A stretch of DNA of 64,000 bases. It comes from Candidatus Aenigmatarchaeota archaeon. GTDB lineage: Archaea; Aenigmatarchaeota; Aenigmatarchaeia; QMZP01; QMZT01. Where the stretch lies: the NCBI GenBank assembly GCA_041489155.1, contig JBGPQP010000004.1:31030-95029 (forward strand), written 5' to 3'. The stretch's first letter is position 1; each line of letters begins with the position of its first letter. The notes beneath the pieces are model-generated. The model saw nothing but the letters and a program-made list of their open reading frames with translations, ran no database searches and had not been told where the DNA came from. The translations under genes were made by a program, and so were the position numbers. Of this stretch, positions 8,793 to 18,743 are shown one piece after another.

Positions 8793-9995
8793 CTAAGCAA
8801 GCAAGGGTATGCCGAGTTCCATGTGGATGTTCCTCTCCGGAACCGGCAATGTGTGCGTGACTGCGCCGAGCGGACCCATTACGTATGGCGATTTGACGCC
8901 CGTAACAACAGTGATGACCTTCAGCCTGTTTTTGTAAGCCGGGTCTATCCTCGCGCCCCATATCACCGGAGCGTCGGGATCCAGCTGCTTCGAGACGTAC
9001 TCGCCTATCCTGCTTACCTCTTCGAGTTTGAGGTCGTAGCCGCCGGTTATGTGTATGAGCGCGCCTGTCCCGCCGTGGTAATCCACGTCAAGCAGCGGGT
9101 GCGACATCGCCCTTATTATCGCTTCTTCGGCTCGCTCTTTGCCGTCGGATTCGCCGAAGCCTACGGTGGAGACACCACCGATTTGCATTATCGCCTTTAC
9201 GTCGGCGTAGTCCAGATTGACGAGCGAAGGCTGCGATATCGTCTCGGTTATGCCCTTTATCATGTTCGCAACCAAGTCGTCGGCGACATAGAACGCTTGT
9301 TTCAGCGGAAGGTTGCCTGCTATCTTCAAAAGCCTGTCGTTCTCTATCGCTATAACAGTGTCAGAAACCTGCCTCAATGCGTACAAACCGTCCTCCGCCT
9401 TGTTCATTCTAGCGCCCTCGACCTTGAAAGGCATGGTCACGTTCGCTATTACTATCGCACCCATCTCCTTCGCTATCCTCGCGATCACAGGCGCCCCGCC
9501 TGTTCCCGTTCCTCCACCCATTCCGGCGACAAGGAACAGCATGTCTATGCCTTCCAGCATCTTCTTTATTTCCCTCTCGCTCTCTTCTGTCGCCTTTTTG
9601 CCTACTCCCGGATATCCTCCTGCACCAAGACCCCTCGTTACCTCCCTGCCGAGCAAAAGCTTTTCGTGCGCATTGGTCATGCCAAGGTGTTTCGCGTCCG
9701 TATTCATCGCCACGGTCTTCGCTCCCAGGATGCCTATGTCGGTCAGCCTGGATATCGTGTTGTTGCCGCCTCCGCCCACGCCTACGACCAGAATCTTCGC
9801 GCCCATCATGTCCAGGTCGAACTCCTCCTTTATCCTCTGGTAGCAGTCTGTTGTCGAGCCACCTCCCTTGACCGGCTCAGCCTCTTGCTTCTTGGCCTCT
9901 GCCGGCTTGGCTTCCGTTACGGATGCCGTTTCTATCGCCGCCTCCATCGCCTTCACGGCGGTTTCGGCCGATTCCTGCGCTTCCGTTGCTTCCAT
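8793..9995 (-). CDS. ftsZ: Cell division protein FtsZ (FtsZ2-like) with Ala/Glu-rich N-terminal extension
   Basis: GVGGGGNN, GMGGGTGTG, NLDYAD. Confidence 0.95.
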   Translation of the reverse strand: MEATEAQESAETAVKAMEAAIETASVTEAKPAEAKKQEAEPVKGGGSTTDCYQRIKEEFDLDMMGAKILVVGVGGGGNNTISRLTDIGILGAKTVAMNTDAKHLGMTNAHEKLLLGREVTRGLGAGGYPGVGKKATEESEREIKKMLEGIDMLFLVAGMGGGTGTGGAPVIARIAKEMGAIVIANVTMPFKVEGARMNKAEDGLYALRQVSDTVIAIENDRLLKIAGNLPLKQAFYVADDLVANMIKGITETISQPSLVNLDYADVKAIMQIGGVSTVGFGESDGKERAEEAIIRAMSHPLLDVDYHGGTGALIHITGGYDLKLEEVSRIGEYVSKQLDPDAPVIWGARIDPAYKNRLKVITVVTGVKSPYVMGPLGAVTHTLPVPERNIHMELGIPLLA

Positions 9996-10151
9996 GCTAA
10001 CTCACCCCTCATTGAATCTTGCACCCCGCCGCCGGAAATTATATGCTCCATCATTCATTTTCCAGTGTCGAAATGCTTTTATGTTCTTTTCTCAATTATT
10101 TTCCAAGAACTAGCTTATACTCAAGGATAACACCAAAGAACCAAATTCAAT

Positions 10152-10213
10152 GAACTCAATTCGTCGCCAAACGAACTGGGTTCGCACGAAGGCAACTTCG
10201 CCAAAAGTTGCCT
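10152..10213 (-). promoter_or_regulatory. Twin hairpins with identical loops in the long ftsZ2 leader
   Basis: GAACTCAATTCGT-CGCCAA-ACGAACTGGGTTC and AGGCAACTT-CGCCAA-AAGTTGCCT. Confidence 0.6.
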
Positions 10214-10466
10214 GTTAATTCCCTTTTTCTGCGCAGTTTAAAACGTTGTCAGTAAATAATTCCATTTTTGCTATATAAGCTTTTGCTACCCCTTCCGGCG
10301 AAAAGGAGGCTTTTTAGGTCTTTTTTCGCTTGCTTCAGGAGGCTCTTTCCCGGCAAAAACAGCGGCGACATATAGCGAAAAGTCCCTGCAGAAAGCTTTA
10401 TAAAGCATGGATTTAATTACTTATCAGAGATAACACAATTAGAGGTTAAAGGAAAGGGTGTGTGGG

Positions 10467-10952
10467 ATGAGAAACGCATTCAAAAAATATCTCAAAGGTG
10501 AAAGAAACATTTTCATAGATCCAGAAATAAGCCTTGGAGCAAGGCAGTCCTACGTAAACGAAGGCCCTGCTTACAATTCGCTTGCCGGGCTCTTCCTTGA
10601 ACTCGGAGGCAAGGTAATAAAAGGCCTGATAAAAGGCCTCACCGAAGAGGATCTCACAGGAGGCAAATACTACGGGCCACTCCAGATAGGAAAGAAAATA
10701 TTTCATCTCGCCAACAGCGCTTACATAGGCGAATTCCTCGATAAAAACGGCGGCAAGTCGGATGAGATAAACCTGGGCGCGCAGCACGAAGGCGTAAAGC
10801 TCATGAACCCCTTTTCGGCAAAATACGGAGTTCCACCGGGAGAGGTAGCCATACACGAAACACTGCACGAAAAATTCCCGAATGCAAGCGAAGCCGAAAT
10901 AACGCAGGCTGCAAGAATGCTTGCGCAGAAATACGAAGTGGCTCTAAACTGA
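10467..10952 (+). CDS. Hypothetical protein with HExxH motif (possible zincin)
   Basis: IHETLHE...E near C-terminus; AAAGCTTTATAAA promoter at ~10392. Confidence 0.65.
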   Translation: MRNAFKKYLKGERNIFIDPEISLGARQSYVNEGPAYNSLAGLFLELGGKVIKGLIKGLTEEDLTGGKYYGPLQIGKKIFHLANSAYIGEFLDKNGGKSDEINLGAQHEGVKLMNPFSAKYGVPPGEVAIHETLHEKFPNASEAEITQAARMLAQKYEVALN

Positions 10953-10961
10953 AAGGTGTAA

Positions 10962-11939
10962 TTGAAAATGAACGCGCTCTCAACAAGACTTTTTGAAGAC
11001 GGTGAGATAGGAATAGGTATAGCTGGAGGGAAACCCGTCACTCTTAGAGCGCAAAATGCTTCTGCCGGAGGCGGCGGGACGAACTACGACAACAACTTTG
11101 TTTATCCCGGAGTTGGGCGTCTTGCCTACAACGCTCTTGGCATGCTGGGCAGCTTGGCTGGCTATAAGGCGCTTGAGGCAATTAAATTTCCGAGAGATTC
11201 AACAAGAAACGCGCTTAAAGGATCATTCGAAAAGGTCTTTAAACAATATTATTTTTTCAAGGCAAAAAATGAATTTCCTTTCCTGTCCCAAAGATATGGA
11301 TTCTTGCAGGGTTCCAGTATTGTTGACAGATATTGTACAATAACAGTCAAGGAGAATGGCGAAGAGAAGGAAAAGCCTCTCTTGATGCTGCCTCGGGGAG
11401 CAGATATAAAAAATGTAAAAGAATTTGGGAAACAATACCTGTTAACTTATTATCAGAATCCCGGACACAGCGAAAACTACAGCGATGAGCTGAATGATAG
11501 ACTGAGGGGTATTTTCTTTAATCATCTGTGGGCGCAAACCGGTACCGATTCAAGATACATGAACGGTGATCTCAGGGAAATGGAGGAATTCAGCAAATTC
11601 CAGGCAAAGCTTGCGAGCATAGATATACGCAACATCCATCAGTTGGGCAAATGCGAGGAAATATCCATAGCAGTACCAGTACAAGGCGGAGGCACTGTAA
11701 ATAGCACGATAAGAATTTATCACAAGCCATACGGCCTGATGACTTATCTGCCAAACGAAGGCGGAAACTTTTTATCGGACGTGGTCGACAGGTATCTTTT
11801 CAAAATCGTTGAAGCGATAGCAGGAAGCAGAATTGCAAGACAAATATCCGAAGAGGAGCAGTTGAACGCGCACGTAAAACTTAGGGCCAACGTCACAGCG
11901 ACCCTTGGCGGAAGGAAACCACTGGAACATTACACGTAA
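10962..11939 (+). CDS. Hypothetical protein
   Basis: 325-aa ORF with AGGTG SD; no recognised motif. Confidence 0.7.
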   Translation: MKMNALSTRLFEDGEIGIGIAGGKPVTLRAQNASAGGGGTNYDNNFVYPGVGRLAYNALGMLGSLAGYKALEAIKFPRDSTRNALKGSFEKVFKQYYFFKAKNEFPFLSQRYGFLQGSSIVDRYCTITVKENGEEKEKPLLMLPRGADIKNVKEFGKQYLLTYYQNPGHSENYSDELNDRLRGIFFNHLWAQTGTDSRYMNGDLREMEEFSKFQAKLASIDIRNIHQLGKCEEISIAVPVQGGGTVNSTIRIYHKPYGLMTYLPNEGGNFLSDVVDRYLFKIVEAIAGSRIARQISEEEQLNAHVKLRANVTATLGGRKPLEHYT

Positions 11940-11996
11940 TAGAAAAAACTTGTTCGCAAGCCCACAAATTTAAACTTATTAGCCCAATAAATTAAC

Positions 11997-12650
11997 ATGG
12001 CCGTGGACATATTCGAGATGCTGGTCGACATACTGAAAATCAACCAGAACCTCGTAAATGAATACTCGAGCCAGGGCCCGCTTTACCAGCTGTTTTACCT
12101 GTTCTTCTTCCCGATGGTTTTCATAATTGTTTTCATCTACCTGCTTTCTAACGCTGTAATGAAGGAGCACAAAGGCCTGAGGATACTGATATCAGTAGGC
12201 ATCCTGGCCTTCATAATCCTGCAGGGCTATTACAGCTGGTTCGTCACCATAAGCAAGTTCTGGTTCTTCGGCCTCATATTCCTGGGATTCTTCTATTTCA
12301 TAGTAGCCAGAAGAGGGGGAGGGGCGAAGGGCATGACGCTCGGAAGCGAAAAAGGAGGCAGCGCGATTCACTTCGTCGAGGAGCTGACCGGCAAGTCTCT
12401 GAATCCAATGAAGGCGCTTGAATACAGACAAAAAGCGGAGAGAACGCTGAAGAAACTCCTGCAAAGGAAAAATGTCCTAGAGGACAGGATAAGGCAGGTC
12501 AAGCACGACCCGAAGGCCGCGGAGCAGGTGTTCATGCAGGTAGGAGAGGTCGACCAGGCGATAGCGCTGATAAGCGAGTTCATAAAGAGCGGCGCCTGGC
12601 ACGATTACGAGGACTGGGTCAAGATCAATTCGAGCAGGTTCGGTCTGTAG
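11997..12650 (+). CDS. Membrane protein (three TM plus C-terminal coiled coil)
   Basis: Hydrophobic N-half resembling the two following genes. Confidence 0.75.
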   Translation: MAVDIFEMLVDILKINQNLVNEYSSQGPLYQLFYLFFFPMVFIIVFIYLLSNAVMKEHKGLRILISVGILAFIILQGYYSWFVTISKFWFFGLIFLGFFYFIVARRGGGAKGMTLGSEKGGSAIHFVEELTGKSLNPMKALEYRQKAERTLKKLLQRKNVLEDRIRQVKHDPKAAEQVFMQVGEVDQAIALISEFIKSGAWHDYEDWVKINSSRFGL

Positions 12651-13129
12651 TGATGTTTATGTTCCCTTTCGATTTCCTTGGGATGGAGACGCTTCTTCCA
12701 TTTTTCCTCGTGCTCGCGATAGTCTACGGCGCGCTGGAGGTTTCGAAGGTCTTCACCAACCGCGGCGTCAAGGCGATAATAGCCGTCGTCTTCGCCTTCT
12801 TCTCGGTGATGAACGCGCAGGTCGTCGCCTTCATAAATTCAATCCTCCCTTACGCGGCGGGCTTTTTCGTCGTGATATTCATAGCCTGGATAGTGCTGAA
12901 GCCGCTGAGAGGCAAGGGTGAAGGAAAGAAGGGGATGGATCCCGTCCTGCTCGTGGTCATACTCGTGCTCGTCCTGATACTCCTCGCGAGGATGCAGACC
13001 ACGGATTATCTGCCCGAGAATAGCATATTCTCGAACACGAACTTGATCTGGATAGTGGGCATAATAATCGCAGTGGTCGTGCTCTATAAGGTTTACAAGA
13101 TAGGCTCCGGCCAGGGCCCCGGACCATGA
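12650..13129 (+). CDS. Multi-pass membrane protein (paralog of 13217-13756)
   Basis: LLPFFLVLAIVYGAL motif. Confidence 0.8.
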   Translation: MMFMFPFDFLGMETLLPFFLVLAIVYGALEVSKVFTNRGVKAIIAVVFAFFSVMNAQVVAFINSILPYAAGFFVVIFIAWIVLKPLRGKGEGKKGMDPVLLVVILVLVLILLARMQTTDYLPENSIFSNTNLIWIVGIIIAVVVLYKVYKIGSGQGPGP

Positions 13130-13216
13130 TGATGAACGCGTCTTCTGCCCTTTTTAAAAAGCGCTATCTGCCGAGGAAGATATACTTTTATAAAGGTTCT
13201 ATTACAATAAGTTAAT

Positions 13217-13756
13217 ATGGCAGACGGAGCATTTGCAACCTTATTGCAGAACATGTCAAGGCTGGGATTCTTCCAGTTCTTGTTTCCGTTCCTGCTTGCG
13301 CTAGCGATAGTCTACGGACTTCTCAGTTGGGCACTCAAGGAACAGTTACCGAAATCGGCGAGAGGCGTGATAGCGCTTATCATAGCGTTCTTCGTGATGG
13401 TTTACTCCAGCTGGAACTCTATGATCGTCACCTTCTTCGCGGAAATGTCAGGCATGTGGCTAGTGGTAGCGACAGGGCTGATGTTCATAGTCATACTGCT
13501 CGCGCTTGTGGGCTTCGACATCAAGACGCTTACTGCCGGAAAAACCAGCAAGTGGGTAATCGTCCTGCTACTGGTCTTCATCGGCATAGTGATCTTCTTC
13601 GGAGCCGGCGGGGCATGGCTGGTGAACATACCAGGATGGACTTGGAGCTCGGACTTCTGGACAGTGCTGTTCTTCATAGTAATACTGGCGGTAGTGATAT
13701 TCTGGCTAGGGCAGGAAGGCGGAGGCGGGGCACCAGCTGCGGCACCAGCCAAGTAG
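13217..13756 (+). CDS. Multi-pass membrane protein
   Basis: LFPFLLALAIVYGLL motif; T-rich terminator follows. Confidence 0.8.
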   Translation: MADGAFATLLQNMSRLGFFQFLFPFLLALAIVYGLLSWALKEQLPKSARGVIALIIAFFVMVYSSWNSMIVTFFAEMSGMWLVVATGLMFIVILLALVGFDIKTLTAGKTSKWVIVLLLVFIGIVIFFGAGGAWLVNIPGWTWSSDFWTVLFFIVILAVVIFWLGQEGGGGAPAAAPAK

Positions 13757-13856
13757 TTTCCTTTGCTTTTTGCTTTTATTTTGAATAGTTTTAGCTGTAA
13801 CTGCGTATTTTTTATTCCAGAAAACAAAGCTGTTTCAGGATAGAACGGGGATTGCC

Positions 13857-14207
13857 ATGAGAAGCGAAAGCAGGAAGAAGCCGGAAGCCTGGACGAAGAT
13901 AGCGGGGGAGAGGATTCAGCTGCTGTTCGAGCAGGCGGAAAACGAGTTCAGGAAACATCCGGAGCGTGCGAAGCGCTACGTCGAGCTCGCCAGAAAAATC
14001 GCCATGAGATACAACGTCAGGCTGGCGCAGCGAAGCAATTTCTGCAGGCAATGCAACGCCTATCTCAAGCCGGGCGTCAACTGCAGGGTCCGAACGAGAA
14101 AGGATAAACAGGCAGTCGCCGTCACATGCCTCGCGTGCGGCCACGTGTCGAGGCATCCTTATATACGCGAGAAGGAAATTAATAAAAAGAGGGGTAAAGG
14201 CAAATGA
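13857..14207 (+). CDS. rnp4: Ribonuclease P protein Rpp21
   Basis: IAGERIQLLF, AKRYVELARKI, CRQC...CLACG...RHP. Confidence 0.92.
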   Translation: MRSESRKKPEAWTKIAGERIQLLFEQAENEFRKHPERAKRYVELARKIAMRYNVRLAQRSNFCRQCNAYLKPGVNCRVRTRKDKQAVAVTCLACGHVSRHPYIREKEINKKRGKGK

Positions 14208-14458
14208 AGCTCGTCCTGATGCTCGGCATGCTGGTAATCTTCATCTCGTGTTTTTTCATATTCTTCACCTTCGATTCGATGATAAGAAGCAAGTTCGTCT
14301 GCGAGTACCGTGAAAAACTGGTATGCAACGTCGGCCAGCTGAACAGCACCATAGTTTTCGGCATCCTCATCGTGGGCATGTTCCTTTTCGTGGACACGCT
14401 GGTTGTTTACGTCATGATGAAAACCTGGGTGCCTGACCTTTTCGTTTACGGCGGATGA
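14204..14458 (+). CDS. Small two-TM membrane protein
   Basis: ATGA overlap with rnp4; two hydrophobic helices. Confidence 0.7.
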   Translation: MKLVLMLGMLVIFISCFFIFFTFDSMIRSKFVCEYREKLVCNVGQLNSTIVFGILIVGMFLFVDTLVVYVMMKTWVPDLFVYGG

Positions 14459-14480
14459 TGCAAGGCGCATTCCGGAAAAA

Positions 14481-15140
14481 TCACTCGACGCCAAGCATCT
14501 TTCTGGATATCCACATTGCCGGGAATGAAATGAGTATGTACCATATCACAAGGCTCATGTAGGTCCAGCCGAAAAGGGGGACGCGGAAAGGCAGCGCCAC
14601 TGCCAGGTTCATTTGCGTTTTGTTCATGCCGAGCGGTTCGACTGACCATCGCAGGCTGCCTGTCTGCAGGAGGTCGTCCTTGGAATACGCCATGTCGTCG
14701 GAGAAATCGCCGTTGCCGTTAATGTCTAGCGTGATTTTTATCTGGTCGTTTATTTTCTCGGCCCTCACTGGATAGCTGAAACCGGCGTAGGAAAACTGGC
14801 CTGCGCTGATATTCTCGCCGTTCGGCTTCATTTCTATAGCAACGCCTCCGTATGACTGCAGGATGTAGCCGATCAGCAGGAGGCCTATGCCCATTGTGAC
14901 AAACATGGGTTTCATCGTGTTGCGCATCTGCTTCTGGCTCAGCTTCATCATTTCGCTCATGTGCTCATTCGCCTTCTTCATGTCCTTCTGCTTTTGCGCT
15001 TCCTTTGACTTCTCCCTGTAGAATTTCATGTCCTTCTTTATCTGGCGCATCTCCGCCGGCTTGGTCAGAAACCTGTAGAGGAAACTGCTGAATATAAAGA
15101 AGCCAAGCGAGAAGAGAAATATTTCCTGGTATGGAAGCAT
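14481..15140 (-). CDS. EMC3/TMCO1 (DUF106, Oxa1-superfamily) membrane insertase
   Basis: TM, coiled coil, MKPMFVTM, then WYILIS...RKMLG. Confidence 0.88.
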   Translation of the reverse strand: MLPYQEIFLFSLGFFIFSSFLYRFLTKPAEMRQIKKDMKFYREKSKEAQKQKDMKKANEHMSEMMKLSQKQMRNTMKPMFVTMGIGLLLIGYILQSYGGVAIEMKPNGENISAGQFSYAGFSYPVRAEKINDQIKITLDINGNGDFSDDMAYSKDDLLQTGSLRWSVEPLGMNKTQMNLAVALPFRVPLFGWTYMSLVIWYILISFPAMWISRKMLGVE

Positions 15141-15162
15141 AAAATCACAATCCTCGAAAATC

Positions 15163-15687
15163 CTAGTGCCTCAGCACGTCGCCCAGCTCCTCCACTGCTT
15201 CCATCATCTTACTTTCCCTGAACTTTATGAGCTTCAGGGTCGAGCCGGTGAGCGACGCGTAAATCGAACCGAAGTACCTGTTTATCCCCTGCTGCTCAAG
15301 CGTCCTCGGGTCGAGCCTCTCGTTGATGTCGGCCTGCCTTTCAAGTATGACTATCGTGTCAGGCTTGAAGGAGCGGAAAAATCCCTCGGGCACCGCGCCT
15401 ATGTAGCCGTGGCGCGTGTCGAAGGTGAGGTAACCGTTTATGAGCATGCTGCCCTTCTGCTCCTTGAGGTCGGCTATGACGGTCTTCTCCATGTCCTCGT
15501 AAAACTTCGTGAGCATCTGCCTCGCCGTCTCCGACTCGGCGGCCTGCTCGACGTCTTCGGCGACTTCGCTTATCTTGTCGAAATCGACGACCGTGAACTC
15601 CTTCTTTCTGCCGGACCTCTGGAGCGCAAGCTCGACTATAGTTTTCCTGTCCAGTTCCCTAAGGCCTGTGACGAAAATCAATTTCAT
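15163..15687 (-). CDS. Adenylate kinase (AdkA)-like protein with degenerate P-loop
   Basis: IFVTGLRELDRKT, TRHGYIGAVP, PDTIVILE, QQGINR; adjacent to DUF106 as for adkA. Confidence 0.7.
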   Translation of the reverse strand: MKLIFVTGLRELDRKTIVELALQRSGRKKEFTVVDFDKISEVAEDVEQAAESETARQMLTKFYEDMEKTVIADLKEQKGSMLINGYLTFDTRHGYIGAVPEGFFRSFKPDTIVILERQADINERLDPRTLEQQGINRYFGSIYASLTGSTLKLIKFRESKMMEAVEELGDVLRH

Positions 15688-15740
15688 GACAACACCCCGA
15701 AAATTTTGAATATGCAATTCCGCCTTTTTGAATATAAATA

Positions 15741-16787
15741 TTATCCGAAGCCTTTTAAAATAGTTTTCAGTTCGGATATGAGGCTGTCATCGCCCGGGTC
15801 CCTGCCACGCAGGAGGCCGAGGTAGACAGTGGTGAAGTCGAGGACGTACAATGTGGACAGCATCCTTGAAAGCCCGTAGGGGTAGATGGACCACACCTCT
15901 GTGACGGACCTGGCCGATTTCTTCAGCAGGCCCTTTGTGAATTCTATGCGCTTCCTCATCTTCCCGCTTTCCTGGTTGTCTCTTATTATGACGACGGAGA
16001 AATTCTTGCCCATGGCAGCGTCGTCCCAGCCGAGGATAGAATTGTGGTTGAGCTCCGGGAAGATCTCGCAGAACGAAGGCGTCTTCGAGTTCTCGTTGAA
16101 CTGCGTCCTGGCGCGGTAGACGACGGGCTCGTAAACACCGAAGCCCTGGATGACGGGGATTGAACCGAAAAGCTTGAAGGCTATCCTTTTCGCGGGATTG
16201 TCCTTCATGGGATTCGAGACCTTTATTTCCTCCCTCGTCTCTTTCAAATTCTTCACTACCAGCTCCAGGTTCTGCTTGCCGATGAATCTGATTTTTTCGA
16301 GTATGATTATTACAGGGAAAAGCAGGTAGCCAAGGGCGAATCTGGGCTTGATGCCATCGACCTTCGGTATCTTGACGCAAAGGAGCGAGCGCTTCACGCA
16401 CTCCTTCTCGAGCTCCCCTCCGGACGTCACGGCGATTAACTGGCATTCTCTTTTGGCAGCTTCCTTCAGGACGCTTAGCGTTTCCTCCGTGTTGCCCGAA
16501 TAGCTTACGGCAAAAACGAGGTCTTTCCCTCCCACATATCTGGGCAGGTCGTACCCCTTTATCACCCTTATCTCATTGTCCGGGAAAATGCCAGCAATTA
16601 TGTCACCCACGATGCCGGAGGCTCCCATGCCGCAAACGAAAACCCTCTCGGGCTTTTTTATCCCATTGACGACGAATTTCCTTCCAACGGCGATGGCTTC
16701 CTCGCACTGCTCCGGGAATTTTTCAACAATATTCACTACTTTGGACAAATCGAGTTTTTCGATTTCCTTCGGCTCGTCAAGAATCAT
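15741..16787 (-). CDS. Bifunctional phosphoglucose/phosphomannose isomerase
   Basis: GMGASG, SYSGNTEET, QFNENSK, PELNHN. Confidence 0.92.
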   Translation of the reverse strand: MILDEPKEIEKLDLSKVVNIVEKFPEQCEEAIAVGRKFVVNGIKKPERVFVCGMGASGIVGDIIAGIFPDNEIRVIKGYDLPRYVGGKDLVFAVSYSGNTEETLSVLKEAAKRECQLIAVTSGGELEKECVKRSLLCVKIPKVDGIKPRFALGYLLFPVIIILEKIRFIGKQNLELVVKNLKETREEIKVSNPMKDNPAKRIAFKLFGSIPVIQGFGVYEPVVYRARTQFNENSKTPSFCEIFPELNHNSILGWDDAAMGKNFSVVIIRDNQESGKMRKRIEFTKGLLKKSARSVTEVWSIYPYGLSRMLSTLYVLDFTTVYLGLLRGRDPGDDSLISELKTILKGFG

Positions 16788-18133
16788 TTCTTCTCCCCGT
16801 GCTTCCTGCTCTTTATCTCGTCGAAGCCCGTGTATTTCTTCAGGGCCTTAGGGATTTTTACGCTCCCGTCCTTCTGCTGGAAGTTTTCCAGGATAGCCGT
16901 CATTGCCCTCTGTGTCGCTATCGCCGTCGAGTTAAGCGAGTGGACGGCTTCTGTCTCCCCGTTTTTCTTTGCAAACTTTATGCCCAGCTTCCTTGGCTGG
17001 TAATCCGTGCAGTTGGAGCAGGAAACCATCTCCCTGAACATGCCCTGCGCCGGCATCCATGCCTCGAGGTCGTATTTTATGGCGGCGTTGTCGTTCATTT
17101 CGCCTGAGCAGATTGACATTATCCTGTACGGGATCTCGAGCTTCTGGAAAAGCTTTTCAGCGTTGTCTATCAGCCTCTCGAACCATTGCTGCGAATCCTC
17201 CGGCTTGCAGAACACGAACTGCTCGACCTTGTCGAACTGGTGGACGCGAAATATCCCTTTCGTGTCCTTGCCGTGCGCTCCCGCCTCGCGGCGGAAGTTC
17301 GTGGAGAAACCAACATACGCCTTCGGCAGGTCCTTCTCACGGAAGGTCTCGCCCATATGGTACGCGGCGAGCGTCTGCTCCGCGGTGGCGATGAGAAAAA
17401 GATCCTCACCGTCGACCTTGTAGAGCTGGGTTTCGAAATCCGCCAGCTCGGCAGCACCTGATATCGCCGCCTTCTGCAGCATGAACGGCGTCCACATCGG
17501 CGTGAAGCCTTGTTTTATCAGGAAATCGAAAGCGAAGCATATGAGCGCAAGGTTAAGCGTGACCATCTCATTCTTGAGATAATAGAATCTCGCCCCGACG
17601 AGCCTCGACGCCCTTTCCATGTCCGCAAGGTCGAGGCTTTCGGCAAGCTCTACCTGGCTTCTGGGCTGGAAGTGGAGGTTCTCGAATTGCATCGTCCCCC
17701 TCGAATCGCGCCTGAAGTTTTCCATGTCCTTCAGCACAACGAGAGGCTTGCCCCACGCGCGAATGAACTTGTTCTCGTGCTCGCCCCTCCCGACATTGAC
17801 TGACGCATGAAGGATGTTGCCTATCTTGTACCTGTACAAATCCCTCTCGGCAAGGTGCTTTTCGGCCTTTTTGTCGCTCTCGGCGATTTCCTCGTTTATC
17901 TGCTTCATCTCGTGTATCTTCGCCTTGGCCTCCTTGTCTCCCTTCTTTAGCTCGGCTATTTCCCTAGAGATTACGTTTCTCTTGTGTTTCAGGGACTCGA
18001 CGTGTTTTAAAACGTCTCTCCATTTGTTATCGTGCTCTATCACCTTTTCTATCGCTGCCGTATCCTTGAACCTTTTCTTCTCGGATTCGCGGATAACGTC
18101 GGGCTTTTCCCTGAAAAGCTTTATGTCGAGCAT
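16784..18133 (-). CDS. serS: Serine--tRNA ligase
   Basis: MLDIKLFR, TAEQ, FRREAG, FRVHQFDKVEQF, EMVSCSNCTDYQ. Confidence 0.97.
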   Translation of the reverse strand: MLDIKLFREKPDVIRESEKKRFKDTAAIEKVIEHDNKWRDVLKHVESLKHKRNVISREIAELKKGDKEAKAKIHEMKQINEEIAESDKKAEKHLAERDLYRYKIGNILHASVNVGRGEHENKFIRAWGKPLVVLKDMENFRRDSRGTMQFENLHFQPRSQVELAESLDLADMERASRLVGARFYYLKNEMVTLNLALICFAFDFLIKQGFTPMWTPFMLQKAAISGAAELADFETQLYKVDGEDLFLIATAEQTLAAYHMGETFREKDLPKAYVGFSTNFRREAGAHGKDTKGIFRVHQFDKVEQFVFCKPEDSQQWFERLIDNAEKLFQKLEIPYRIMSICSGEMNDNAAIKYDLEAWMPAQGMFREMVSCSNCTDYQPRKLGIKFAKKNGETEAVHSLNSTAIATQRAMTAILENFQQKDGSVKIPKALKKYTGFDEIKSRKHGEKK

Positions 18134-18139
18134 GCACCA

Positions 18140-18676
18140 TCACTCCTCTTTGTCATAATTAATCACCGTGAAGACATCATAACCTTTTAGTTTCTCCCTG
18201 CCATTCAGGAAGCCGAGCTCTATGAGCATGGTTATGCCCACTATTTTCCCGCCGAGCTTCTCTATGAGCTTGGTGGCTGCCTGCATGGTCCCGCCGGTCG
18301 CGAGAAGGTCGTCGACTATAAGGACATTCTCTCCGTTATCTACGGCGTCCTCGTGCATCTCGAACGCGTCTTTCGAATATTCCGTGGCGAATTCCTCGCG
18401 TATCTTCCTCCAGGGCAGCTTGCCCGGCTTGCGCAGCGGGATGAAGCCCGCGCCAAGTTCATACGCTATCGCCGAGCCGAAGATGAAGCCGCGGCTCTCA
18501 GCCGAAACGACCTTGTCTATCCTCTTGTCCCTGAAGTGCTTGAGCATCTCTTGGATCGCGTAATGGAACGCCTCGTGGTCCTGAAGCAGGGTCGTTATGT
18601 CCTTAAACATCACGCCTTTCTTCGGAAAATCAGGCACGGTGCGTATCTTCGCCCTGAGGTCAATCGCCTTCTTCAT
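18140..18676 (-). CDS. apt: Adenine phosphoribosyltransferase
   Basis: PDFPKKGVMFKDIT, ESRGF, RKPGKLP, VDDLLATGGT. Confidence 0.95.
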   Translation of the reverse strand: MKKAIDLRAKIRTVPDFPKKGVMFKDITTLLQDHEAFHYAIQEMLKHFRDKRIDKVVSAESRGFIFGSAIAYELGAGFIPLRKPGKLPWRKIREEFATEYSKDAFEMHEDAVDNGENVLIVDDLLATGGTMQAATKLIEKLGGKIVGITMLIELGFLNGREKLKGYDVFTVINYDKEE

Positions 18677-18743
18677 GATATCATATTGGCGCGTCTGCTT
18701 AAAAATTTCTGCTGCGTCCTGCGCTTGGCGGTTAAGGCGGGCT

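Noticed and set aside
8733..10130. 465-aa plus-strand ORF
   Set aside because: Antisense shadow of ftsZ2; no motifs.
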